A program made the translations under genes and the position numbers. Below are positions 18,501 through 27,125 of a stretch of 45,919 nt of DNA, in pieces; positions within the stretch are counted from its first letter, which is position 1, and each line of letters opens with the position of its first letter. Where the stretch lies: positions 1-45,919 of the IMG/VR virus record IMGVR_UViG_3300016667_000193; one strand, written 5' to 3'. The stretch comes from a virus (taxonomy: Duplodnaviria; Caudoviricetes). The notes beneath the pieces are model-generated. The model was not told the DNA's origin, did not search any database, and saw only the letters and a program-made list of their open reading frames with translations.

Positions 18501-21500
18501 GACCTGACTGCGGCTGATACTGACTACCGCGAGATGAACGTGCAGGCGAATGAGGCCCTACAGGAAGGTGCGATCAAGCCACTTCAGTTCCGCGAAATCC
18601 AGAACATGATCTTCCAACGTCGCCCGCTACCTGCGATCAAGAAGGCGTTCCAGTCCTACCGCGACATGATCATGGAGCGCATCGGTGATGTGGCTGGGGA
18701 TGGTATCTCTGTGGCCGATGCTGAAGCTGCGATCAAACGCGCTACCGGTAAGTGGCGGACCAGCACCAAGACCAAGGTCTGGGAGAACTTCGAGGCTGTA
18801 CCCGCTGACCTGCGTATGCAGCTCTCCGGTCCGACTGTGCTCGGCTTCTATGATACCACGACGAACACGGTCCATGTCATTGCAGGTAATCACCTGTCTG
18901 GTGCTGAGGCTGTAGCCACTGTGTACCACGAAATCCTCGGCCACCGGGCACTGCGTGAGCGGTTCGGGAAGCGGGCGCTGTCGATCCTCAATGCGATCTA
19001 CCGCACCAATAAGGAGGTCAAGGACTCTGCTGACCAGTACCTGAAGAAGACAGGTAAGTGGGCTGAGGACCCCAACCGGTATGCCTACGCAGTGGAAGAA
19101 ATCCTTGCTGCTGCGTCTGAGTCTGGTCGCCGCACAACCACGCTGTGGCAGCGTCTCGTTAATCTGGTGCGCGAGTTCGGTCGTATGATCGGGTTCGATA
19201 TTGCGTACAGCAACGCAGACGTAGCGACGATCCTCGCCATGGCCCATGACAGCGTCATCGAAGGGACTGGTCGGATCAAGGGTCTCATGCGCGCTGCTAC
19301 TGATGCGCCGCTCATGGAGCGTCAGGCTCGTATTGATGAGTTGGTGGATGGTCTGCCGTCCTCACTCCAGAATCCGGTCCGCACTGTAACTGATACGTTC
19401 GGGGGTGCCGGTGTCCGCACCGTTGCCCGCTTTGGTCTGATGGACCAGTTGCTCCGTCTCGCACTGAGCAAGGGTCTGAAGTCGGTGCGCCGCTTCACGG
19501 CGGCATCCACAGCTCGTGGTCGTACGCTGGCCCGCCATGAACAACCGTTCCTCAAATGGGCTGAGGACCACACCAAGCTCCCCGCCAATGAGCGTGGCGT
19601 CGGTAAGGGGACGGTTAGCGGCCTCATCGAGAAGATGACCCGCACTGAAACTTGGGGGTTCAAGCCTGACTACTTCGCGGCTGAGGACCAGCCTGCGGTG
19701 GCGAAGCTGAAGATGGACCCTGAGCTTGAGGCTTGGTATGATGGTCTGTCCTATGCAGGTAAGGCCGCTGTCCGTGAGGCGTTTCGTCTCAACTATCAGC
19801 AGCTGAAAGATATGCAGAAAGCTGTGATGGATAACGTCGCGTCGCTCTACGACGTGTCGATTGCCACAGCCAAGGATGAGGAAACCAAGAAGCGCTACGA
19901 GAAGGAGAAGGCTGCTTCTCTGGACCGGTATCGCACGCTCCTGAATATGGACCCGACACGCCCGTATGCACCGCTGCGTCGCAACGGTAACTGGGTTGTG
20001 GTTGGTCGGTCGCAGGAACTGGTCGATGCAATGAGTGCTGAGGCCAAGGATTACAAGTTGATCCGCAAGCTGGAGGACGACCCCAAGCATTACTACGTGG
20101 ACTTCGCTGACACTCGTGCCGAAGCGGCAAAGATTGAGCGAGAGATCAGGGCGACCTACGATACCACCCAGAAGTTCCTCAAGGCTCAGGCCGATGAGAA
20201 CCTCTACGGTGGCAACGACATGATGTATGCGTTCCAGCAGCTCAACACGCTGGTGCAGGACCTCAAGATCGGGGATGAATACACCAAGCAGGTCCGCAAC
20301 GCCGTGGCTCAGCTGCAAATCCAGATCATGGCAGCCAACAGCGCACGCAAGGCAGAGAAGACCCGCCGTAATATCGCCTCTGGTGATGTGGATATGGTGC
20401 GTACCACTCTGTCGCATGGTCGCTCGACTGCGCACTTCATCGCCTCGGTCGGACACAACAACGAAATCCTCGAATCGCTGCGTCTCGTGGGGCAGGAAGC
20501 CCGCACGCTCGGACCGGACCGGGAAGATAAGCAGGCGATCTACAATGGAATCGTCGCCCGATATGTGGATGGTATGCAGGATCGCTCCGGCGATACGCTG
20601 GCTGATCGGCTCACGTCATTCACCAGTGTGTGGATGCTCGGGCTGTCGCCTAGCTACTACATTCAGCAGGCGCTCCAGAACCTCATGCTCACGATGCCAT
20701 GGGTTGCTGCACGCTATGGATACATGAAGACCTTCTCCACGTTCCGCGATGCGTACGCTCAGGTCTCCAAGGCTTGGGTGGACACCGGCCTGACCGGTCA
20801 GCTGGACCTCAATCTGATTGACGAGAAGTACCGCCCGCTTGCCATGTTCATGTCTGAGTCTGGCGTCCTCGATGTCGGGCTTGAGCGTGAAATGGGGCAG
20901 ATCACAGCGGATAGCGCGGGTGCCATCTCGAATGCATTCGCCCGCACAGCCAACACCATCCGGGCACTGACCCGCAAGGTCGAGGCGATCAACCGGCTGT
21001 CGGCAGCCATTGCTGTGTATGACCTATCGCGCAGCGACAGTCGTGGCGCAGCGGTAGATTTTGATGAGATGGCATACCGGGCGTACAAGAAGGACTTCGA
21101 GCAGACTTATCCTGATATGTCTGTCCTGACCCCCAAGCAGTACGCAGCCGCTCTCGAAGCGCTGGATGTGATCAACACCACACACGGCGACTACTCGATG
21201 GAGAACGCGCCGAAGTTCCTCCGTACCCCGCTTGGACGTACAGTGCTTCAGTTCCAGAAGTTCCGTATCATGCTGGCCGGGACCTACATCCGCGCGTTCT
21301 ACAACGCCTTCCGTGACCCCAGCCTGTCGGCTGAGGAGAAGCGGGTCGCACGTCGCGCATTGATGTTCATCTCTGGTCACGCTGCCATCGTGGGTGGTCT
21401 GATCGGTTCGCCTGCTGCGGCCATCTTCGTGTTGATCTACAACATCCTGTCGGGTGACGACGAAGAGCGCGGTGATCTGGAGCGTGATATCCGAGAAGCC

Positions 21501-22226
21501 GTCGGTGATGACACCATAGCCAACCTCCTGCTGCGTGGTGTGCCGACCCTGTTCGGTGTGGATGTCTCGGGTACGCTCGGTCAGGGCAACCTCCTTTCGG
21601 TGGCTCCGTATGCAGATAGTCCGGTGGACCGTGAGTCCTACGCCAAGTACATCCTCTCGCTGACTGGTCCTGCCATCGGCGGTATCGGTGGTAACGTGGC
21701 TGACGCTATCGAGCTGGTCGGTTACGGCAGCTACTACAAAGCCCTTGAGAAGCTGGTGCCTCGCGGTATCGGCGCTGCCTCTCGCACCATGCGCGAACAG
21801 TTTGCTGGGGAGACCACACGTCGTGGCGACCTGACTACCCAACCGATTGATCTTGGTGCTGTCGAAGCAGTCTGGGGTACCATTGGTCTGGCCCCCATCG
21901 CGCGGGTCAATCGGCAGTATGCCCGCGACCAGTTCTATAAAGATGAGCGATTCTATCAGGACCGGGCAGCGGACATCAAGCGTGCCTATACCGAGGCAGC
22001 CAAGGAGAGCGATGCTGCCGCCATGAACGCACTCCGGTTGGAGTGGCAGGGACTTCAGGACGCCCGTCGTGAACGTGGCTTCAAGACCCAACCCATGCTT
22101 GATCTGATCAAGGCACCGCGTGAGCAGGCCAAGCGCGAGAAGCAGACAGTCGGTGGTATCCCCTTCACAACAGGGACTGAGGGCCGTGCCAGACAGATCG
22201 CTGAGACTGCTGGCACAGCCCGATGA
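15588..22226 (+). CDS. Giant internal virion/ejection polyvalent protein (zincin metallopeptidase + PLxRFG-like C-terminal region)
   Basis: 2212 aa; hydrophobic G/A-rich N-terminal part; HEILGH at 18927-18944 with downstream EEILA; PLRRNG at 19971-19988. Confidence 0.75.
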   Translation: MAQAGLSFGNSSLNPLVGAPPPPAATGLDALQQSMANIAAIGGAATQQVPIIAPQVAVDTTPSIAYNPSTKQFFVQGQVFSEDDAQRALESEALLGQPGAPIPQGGGWVPVDPQSYAGYLQRIKEPGLGTLFSKGFGRGIDTMQLLGGRALQLVGAEETGAGIVAQQMEDLRRDSPYQRQFSNIESGGDALDYVVSMLGEQAPNLLLGVATGGLGVLGGRALSGVATKQALRSAVSKKAAGQALTAAENKLIRYATAGALVGSASGSYPLLAGEFYDEFRQQGVGPEDVDARVLSLLGAVPATALELIPEVGFVGRILGKGAGKALPAGASVRRKAGEFLKRGAVGGAVGAAAEGGTEAAQESLILGLTGQDLSDPENVTRLIESFAAGATVGGFVGAATNIFAPTRSLETNEPTSLLGGPAEPTAPQLGGPGPVPLLGGPGPVPLLGGPTTAVGPAVEQVDATIYTPGTEISGLLPAQGQQLMLPPPGAVLQVEGQPDFVVDENGYVRQATPDDVVVGISDRGFVPATAPGTQGVLDVFPGSQTTARELRGMMEPAAPVAGYLQPEGVTGEFPSEGPDLRQEEFDFNLYAPQETAALSLSGDPTLRAVLQNRLNLQRNAELAPQRQREFELAQRQVQSGIPPVLEPTAEQLRAAESRRRLAQIEDEVTDEEAADAWRKFGGRGFQKKYESLATEAKDQWKFGLELYYAEAIPREALADGRKRLSAVKKGQAVPIVFESVVTPTPVFKKETPRAAKKPKATALARGKQTRAASAAGAKPATGQAVAGARPAKTQEPRQEAAVTVQDVKADPQYKPTLAAIDKAVKDGVLTGKDRLKLLADLNKDGDFELVADIIKSKREAATKKAAPKSAPTVQVAPKAAPLKKGKPALTYEAVRKAITESADAEVISQDQYDLLIRAVDNKTTTPDRIKAQLAYLEKGGTIKKLAAGEARGLRTEEREVVREEGPVEVAEDLTAADTDYREMNVQANEALQEGAIKPLQFREIQNMIFQRRPLPAIKKAFQSYRDMIMERIGDVAGDGISVADAEAAIKRATGKWRTSTKTKVWENFEAVPADLRMQLSGPTVLGFYDTTTNTVHVIAGNHLSGAEAVATVYHEILGHRALRERFGKRALSILNAIYRTNKEVKDSADQYLKKTGKWAEDPNRYAYAVEEILAAASESGRRTTTLWQRLVNLVREFGRMIGFDIAYSNADVATILAMAHDSVIEGTGRIKGLMRAATDAPLMERQARIDELVDGLPSSLQNPVRTVTDTFGGAGVRTVARFGLMDQLLRLALSKGLKSVRRFTAASTARGRTLARHEQPFLKWAEDHTKLPANERGVGKGTVSGLIEKMTRTETWGFKPDYFAAEDQPAVAKLKMDPELEAWYDGLSYAGKAAVREAFRLNYQQLKDMQKAVMDNVASLYDVSIATAKDEETKKRYEKEKAASLDRYRTLLNMDPTRPYAPLRRNGNWVVVGRSQELVDAMSAEAKDYKLIRKLEDDPKHYYVDFADTRAEAAKIEREIRATYDTTQKFLKAQADENLYGGNDMMYAFQQLNTLVQDLKIGDEYTKQVRNAVAQLQIQIMAANSARKAEKTRRNIASGDVDMVRTTLSHGRSTAHFIASVGHNNEILESLRLVGQEARTLGPDREDKQAIYNGIVARYVDGMQDRSGDTLADRLTSFTSVWMLGLSPSYYIQQALQNLMLTMPWVAARYGYMKTFSTFRDAYAQVSKAWVDTGLTGQLDLNLIDEKYRPLAMFMSESGVLDVGLEREMGQITADSAGAISNAFARTANTIRALTRKVEAINRLSAAIAVYDLSRSDSRGAAVDFDEMAYRAYKKDFEQTYPDMSVLTPKQYAAALEALDVINTTHGDYSMENAPKFLRTPLGRTVLQFQKFRIMLAGTYIRAFYNAFRDPSLSAEEKRVARRALMFISGHAAIVGGLIGSPAAAIFVLIYNILSGDDEERGDLERDIREAVGDDTIANLLLRGVPTLFGVDVSGTLGQGNLLSVAPYADSPVDRESYAKYILSLTGPAIGGIGGNVADAIELVGYGSYYKALEKLVPRGIGAASRTMREQFAGETTRRGDLTTQPIDLGAVEAVWGTIGLAPIARVNRQYARDQFYKDERFYQDRAADIKRAYTEAAKESDAAAMNALRLEWQGLQDARRERGFKTQPMLDLIKAPREQAKREKQTVGGIPFTTGTEGRARQIAETAGTAR
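16872..16936 (+). repeat. 27-bp in-frame tandem repeat (LGGPGPVPL), 2.4 copies
   Basis: ctcggtggtccgggtcccgtccctctt at 16872 and 16899, partial copy at 16926. Confidence 0.95.
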
Positions 22227-25070
22227 TCAGACAACCTTGAGCTGACCCAACACCTGCGCATCAAATGCTTGGTCTGCCTCTTCGAGGATACCTTGCAAGC
22301 GCGGGTGGTTGAGGTTCAGGGCGACAACATAGGACTGACCCATCTTGATGTCGGTCCCCTTACCCAGATATGCCTTGTCGTGTTTGACGGGTACGATAAT
22401 GTTCTCGGACTCGAACTCGCGCATGAGCTGTCGGTAGTCTACGTGGTTCATCGCCAGCCACTGCCTGAAGTGGGTGCGGTCCATCGTCACAGTCCCGTGG
22501 TCGAACAACCCGTTGTTGGTCTTACGCATCACGTCGTAGCGAATCCGCACTTCCTCCTTCGGCATCCGCGAGAACAACGCGGCAGGGGGCTGCCCAAGCG
22601 TGTGCATCATGGTAAGCGCCACGCGGGTATTCGAGTTGAGGTACTCGGACAGGATGTCGAAGCTGTCCATCTTGTTGGCGGCAATGCTTTGACGGATCAT
22701 ACCAGTCTGGTCCAACACCCAGTCCGTGGCGAGAGTCTCGTCGAAGTTGAACCAACCCTGCTCCTTAGCAATCCGCAACGCCAGATCAGCAAGGACGATG
22801 ACGACTTCCCAGTACCGCTCCTCACCGCTGAACGAGGCTCCGTACTTCTTCTCGAACGCAGCCGTGGCATCATGGACCATGGCCTTGACAGCGTCAGGCC
22901 CCATAGCAAGCAGGTACTGCACGAACTTCGGACCTACCCAGCCATAGTTCTCCGAGACGAGCTGGTGGATTTTACGTCCTGCCGACGTACCGCTGGCGAA
23001 CAACGGATGGGGATCGAAGGTCACTTCGAGTAGACGCATCTTCTGCGCCTCGGTGGCGTTACCCATCGCATCCAGCATGGCAGTGAGCGGCATGTTGGTC
23101 GAGACCATCACGGGTAGGCTCCACGACTTGGTCTCACGCTCCTCACCGGTACGGTTGAGGCGGGCTTTGTCCCGGCCCTGCGTCACCATATAGAGGAAGT
23201 CACCGATCTCTTTGTTGTTGATGATGGTCACTTCGTCGATGGTCATCGGCAGATTGGAGTACAGCCCGAGCCGATTATACAAACTGTTCTGTGTGAACTT
23301 GGCTGCGAAGTGCAGCTTGAGCGGGTCGCCCCACACAGCCTGCCCCAGCAGCTGGCCTAGTGTCTTACCAGTACCGGACGGACCACAGAATGAGACAGTC
23401 ACACCATTGAGGCCGGTGAACGCAAGCAGCGGAGCCGACAGACTCACACCCAGCGCGAACATATGGCCGTACATCTTGGCCTTCTCCAGTACGCTGGTGA
23501 AGTTGGTCAGCGCCTGAGGGTCCCCAGCCGAGCAGAACATATCCCCGCCGAGACGCATCGAGGTGCTGTTGAGTGTGACCTTCTCCTCCACAACGGAGCC
23601 GTCGTCATGGCGGCGGTACAGGGTGGTCCCATGCACGAACTGCTTGAACTCATCCTTCCACCCCATGCTGGTGTGGAGGTTGGTCATCGCGCGCATCTCG
23701 CGCAGCTTATCCATGTATGAGCGTAGCATAAACTGGAACATCTCTGTTTGACGTGCAGTCTTGAGGACGATGCCTTGGTCTGCGATTGCTGTTGTGAACT
23801 CCTTCAGACGAGTGTCTGTGAGGTATGCCTGCCGCAGTGCCAGCTCCTGCCAGCCCACATGCTTGCGGTCCCAGTGGAAGCGGACGGTCTCATAACCCAG
23901 AGCCTCATCCCTACCATAGGCCACGGGGTAGACATCGAACGGGCAGATATCGACATCCGTTCCATCGACGGTCTGCTTGATACCCGAGGCTGTACGCTTG
24001 TAGCTGCGAGGGAGCGGGGTTGCGGCAGCGAGGGAGTCCGGTGCGTTGGTGACGACCGTGACCTCTTTGTACTGCGCACCGATCTGCGTTGGGGTGGTGA
24101 TCTTACCCGCGAACTTACAGTCGGCGCAGCCCTTCTTGCGTTCTTCCTGAAACTTCTTGCAGGTTGCCGGTCCGGAGACAGACCGCTTCCAATGCTCCAT
24201 CTTCTGGATGGTCTTGCTGTAATCGTAGTCCGGATGTTGGTTCGACCAAGCCACGGCGGCAGCATCAGGGTCAGAGCAATAGGCAGCCACACCGAGCATA
24301 GCATACCAGAACGGTTCGGTTACATCCTTCTGGTTCTCGATACCCCACTTGATCTGCTGGCACTTCGACGCGACCACGTCGGCATTGGCAGTCGGGAAAT
24401 CCTGCTCGACAGCGAGAGCTTGTGACAACTTACTTGTGGTTGTTTGTCGTACTGGCGCTGTGGAAAAAGCTATAAAATTCGACAGCTTCGAGCGCATGGT
24501 CTCCGGGTCCACCGGGGTTGCGTCGATCAGGAGCTTGACCTCTTTCCCACCCTTAGGGTTGATGGTCCCCACAGGACGCAGAATGCGGGCGCTGTCAGCT
24601 GGTACAGTCGTGTCGATCTCAAGGTTGTGCGCTGCGCAGGCATCCTTCAGCGCCTGACCCAGTGGCTTCCACTGCGCAGGTGCAAGCTCCTCGGTGAGTA
24701 CCCAGTAGATGTGCAGACCGTTGCCGGAGAACACGACCATAGGTTTGGGGAGCGCAAGCGCACCGACAAACTTGCTGAGTGCGGCCAGACCGTCACGCCA
24801 CGTAGGATACGGCTTGTCTGGTCCGCAGTCGATGTCGAGCATCAGGGTCTTCAGGACCCGTGCATTCTTCTGGCTTCTCTCACCCTTGTTCTGGAAGGCA
24901 GCCACTGCGTAGTACGCATTGCCCCCTCGCTTGCTTATGTTTGTGACCGACTGCGCGAGTGTGTCAACGTCAGAGAAGTAGCCATGCATCATCCCCTGAT
25001 CAGTGAGGTTGGCGCTGGCATAGAAGCCTGCTGACGGGAGAACCCGCTTGAGAAATGTAACTGTGTCCAT
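22227..25070 (-). CDS. Primase-helicase (AEP/RepB-like primase + DUF927 + P-loop)
   Basis: LDIDC and SGNGLHIYW primase motifs; Cys cluster; GPSGTGKT Walker A; TIDE Walker B. Confidence 0.88.
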   Translation of the reverse strand: MDTVTFLKRVLPSAGFYASANLTDQGMMHGYFSDVDTLAQSVTNISKRGGNAYYAVAAFQNKGERSQKNARVLKTLMLDIDCGPDKPYPTWRDGLAALSKFVGALALPKPMVVFSGNGLHIYWVLTEELAPAQWKPLGQALKDACAAHNLEIDTTVPADSARILRPVGTINPKGGKEVKLLIDATPVDPETMRSKLSNFIAFSTAPVRQTTTSKLSQALAVEQDFPTANADVVASKCQQIKWGIENQKDVTEPFWYAMLGVAAYCSDPDAAAVAWSNQHPDYDYSKTIQKMEHWKRSVSGPATCKKFQEERKKGCADCKFAGKITTPTQIGAQYKEVTVVTNAPDSLAAATPLPRSYKRTASGIKQTVDGTDVDICPFDVYPVAYGRDEALGYETVRFHWDRKHVGWQELALRQAYLTDTRLKEFTTAIADQGIVLKTARQTEMFQFMLRSYMDKLREMRAMTNLHTSMGWKDEFKQFVHGTTLYRRHDDGSVVEEKVTLNSTSMRLGGDMFCSAGDPQALTNFTSVLEKAKMYGHMFALGVSLSAPLLAFTGLNGVTVSFCGPSGTGKTLGQLLGQAVWGDPLKLHFAAKFTQNSLYNRLGLYSNLPMTIDEVTIINNKEIGDFLYMVTQGRDKARLNRTGEERETKSWSLPVMVSTNMPLTAMLDAMGNATEAQKMRLLEVTFDPHPLFASGTSAGRKIHQLVSENYGWVGPKFVQYLLAMGPDAVKAMVHDATAAFEKKYGASFSGEERYWEVVIVLADLALRIAKEQGWFNFDETLATDWVLDQTGMIRQSIAANKMDSFDILSEYLNSNTRVALTMMHTLGQPPAALFSRMPKEEVRIRYDVMRKTNNGLFDHGTVTMDRTHFRQWLAMNHVDYRQLMREFESENIIVPVKHDKAYLGKGTDIKMGQSYVVALNLNHPRLQGILEEADQAFDAQVLGQLKVV

Positions 25071-25084
25071 GATGCCCCTGCGTT

Positions 25085-25106
25085 GGTGGGGGTGTGAACC
25101 CCCACC
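25085..25106. other. Perfect 9-bp GC-rich hairpin between the HTH and primase genes
   Basis: ggtgggggt-gtga-acccccacc; no U-tract on the coding (-) strand. Confidence 0.6.
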
Positions 25107-25109
25107 TTA

Positions 25110-25388
25110 TCAGCTTTGTTGGAGTAGTTCTACGAGGCGTTCCTTCCTCTGCTTCTGGTCAGCCGCGATCACTTCTGGCATCGGCCATCCATGTTCGGTC
25201 ATCACAAAAAGCAGCCGCTTCAGCATGACCTTGACCCGCTCTTGGTTGTTCTTGCGTATGGGCTTACCCTGCACCCAACCATAGTAGGTCATCCGGCTTA
25301 CCCCCAACAGCTCAGACATATCCTGAGCTGTCAGGAGCATATGCTTACGCAGCGCCTCCACCTTGGTGAAGTCGAGCGTGTTAGTCAT
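25110..25388 (-). CDS. XRE-like helix-turn-helix protein
   Basis: LRKHMLLTAQDMSELLGVSRMTYYGWVQG; ATG at 25388 with SD ggagg. Confidence 0.8.
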   Translation of the reverse strand: MTNTLDFTKVEALRKHMLLTAQDMSELLGVSRMTYYGWVQGKPIRKNNQERVKVMLKRLLFVMTEHGWPMPEVIAADQKQRKERLVELLQQS

Positions 25389-26367
25389 CGGCGTCAAGAC
25401 CTCCGACCAGTGCCGCGATCTCATCAGCCAGCGACAGTGCGCCGCTGTCCTCATCCACCACAGTCACAGCAGCAGGCTTGGGCTTGGCAGCCGCAGGCTT
25501 GGGAGCCGGTTCCTCAACAGGCTTGGCTGCACCGAAACCGCGCTTCGGTGCGGTTGCTTCAGGCGCAGGGGCAGCTGGCTCTTCCACAACTTCAACCGGA
25601 GCGGGCTTCGGTGCAACAGCCGCAGGCTTGGGAGCCGCGACCTCAGCGGGCGTCGAAGCGATCACCTTCTCACCCGTGATTTCCTTGACCTGATCGCTGT
25701 CAAACAGACGGTCCACAATCTCCTGCTCGGGGGCTTCGAGGAACCCACCGAACCCGAACTTCAGCTTCGGGAACGAAGCATCAGTATCGAACGACAGCAC
25801 AGTCTTCACCACTTCAGGCGGAATGCCACGGACCGACAGTTCCTTCTGGTACTGGTTGAGACCCTTGAGTGCAGCAGGCGTGACCTGAAGCAGATAGATC
25901 GGACCTTCCGGATCATCAGCAGCGACAATCGCCAGACGCTTCTGGTCCGAACATGCCTTGATCTGCTGACCGGTGGCGCTGATCTTGGAACCCCATGCGT
26001 TCTTCGGGCACGACGCACACAGATCGTTCTCAGGGTTCTGGACGCTGGCATCCGGGCCGATACCGTCCAGCGAGAAGCAGTCAGGTCCCTTGGGTTCATC
26101 GTTCGGGTCCCACTGCTTATCGTAGAAAGTCTTGGACAAGCGCGGGTTCGCACCGACAATGACCACGCTCAGCTTGGTCTGGTCGAGAACGGTCTCGGTC
26201 TTACCTTCGACGATGCGGAACCGCGAACCCTTGATGCTGATACGCGGGTAGCTCTCACCAGAAGCCAGACCAGCGGAGAGCGAGGCAGCCAGTGCGGACT
26301 GCTGACCCATGCGGGCAGCGATGTGAGCGGGAACTTGGATGTTAGCCGGGATAATCGAGGTGCTCAT
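25381..26367 (-). CDS. Putative ssDNA-binding/annealing protein
   Basis: Four Cys (PDC, CASC, KAC), P/A/K linker and acidic C-terminal tail; replication context. Confidence 0.55.
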   Translation of the reverse strand: MSTSIIPANIQVPAHIAARMGQQSALAASLSAGLASGESYPRISIKGSRFRIVEGKTETVLDQTKLSVVIVGANPRLSKTFYDKQWDPNDEPKGPDCFSLDGIGPDASVQNPENDLCASCPKNAWGSKISATGQQIKACSDQKRLAIVAADDPEGPIYLLQVTPAALKGLNQYQKELSVRGIPPEVVKTVLSFDTDASFPKLKFGFGGFLEAPEQEIVDRLFDSDQVKEITGEKVIASTPAEVAAPKPAAVAPKPAPVEVVEEPAAPAPEATAPKRGFGAAKPVEEPAPKPAAAKPKPAAVTVVDEDSGALSLADEIAALVGGLDADD

Positions 26368-26388
26368 AAATACTCCTATGATGAGCGA

Positions 26389-26715
26389 TTAGTATGTGGT
26401 GTTAGCTTTCAGTCGGGCTGCGTTAATCTGACCACCTACGAGCGGTAGTTCCATCTGATCAATGCCGAGCTTCGATATCGCAGATTGGGAAACGATGTAG
26501 TCTGCGATCTCTTGGTGGTCCTTACAGTAGTGCAGGTTGGGTATGCGTTCGCCAGTCAGGTACATGTCTGACATAGCAACCCGAACCACGTAACCGTTGG
26601 CGATCTTGAATGCTTGGATACTACCTTGGTTGCGTAGCAGGTCATAGGCAGGGCGGTGATCCTCAGTTGGTGTGCCCTCCTCCTTGAAGAGCCATCGTTT
26701 CAGCCACTTTCGCAT
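26389..26715 (-). CDS. Hypothetical protein
   Basis: 108 aa with SD ggag. Confidence 0.7.
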   Translation of the reverse strand: MRKWLKRWLFKEEGTPTEDHRPAYDLLRNQGSIQAFKIANGYVVRVAMSDMYLTGERIPNLHYCKDHQEIADYIVSQSAISKLGIDQMELPLVGGQINAARLKANTTY

Positions 26716-26718
26716 GTG

Positions 26719-27123
26719 TCACTCCTCTACTTTTGTGGTGGGTTTACGAATGTTTACCTCCAGCTTGGTGCCATAGTTCACACCGGGAGGTACGGTTTTG
26801 TTCTGCTCGATGTACCCACGCACTGCTGTCTTACTGATCCGCTTCTCCAACATATCGTATGCTTCGTTCTCGCGGATGTAGGTCAGCACAGCATCCCAGT
26901 CTGCCACGTTTGCGTAGTCAGTGGTAGTCAGAAATGCAGTACCATGCGGGGTTTTGAATGAGGTGACACCCATGGTGTCTGCCTGCTGTTTGATCCACGC
27001 TTCGAGCTTATCCATCTTGGCCTTGATCTCGGACACCTCGTCCTTGACCTTGGCTTCGATAGCTTCCTTCTTACGGCGCAGTGTCATGTATGCGCCGATG
27101 GCGCTGTCTACGGTTACAGTCAC
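26719..27123 (-). CDS. Conserved phage replication-module protein (coiled coil + beta domain)
   Basis: GTG start, SD aggagg; 'SFKTPHGT', 'VADWD', 'VPPGV' motifs. Confidence 0.75.
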   Translation of the reverse strand: MTVTVDSAIGAYMTLRRKKEAIEAKVKDEVSEIKAKMDKLEAWIKQQADTMGVTSFKTPHGTAFLTTTDYANVADWDAVLTYIRENEAYDMLEKRISKTAVRGYIEQNKTVPPGVNYGTKLEVNIRKPTTKVEE

Positions 27124-27125
27124 AC

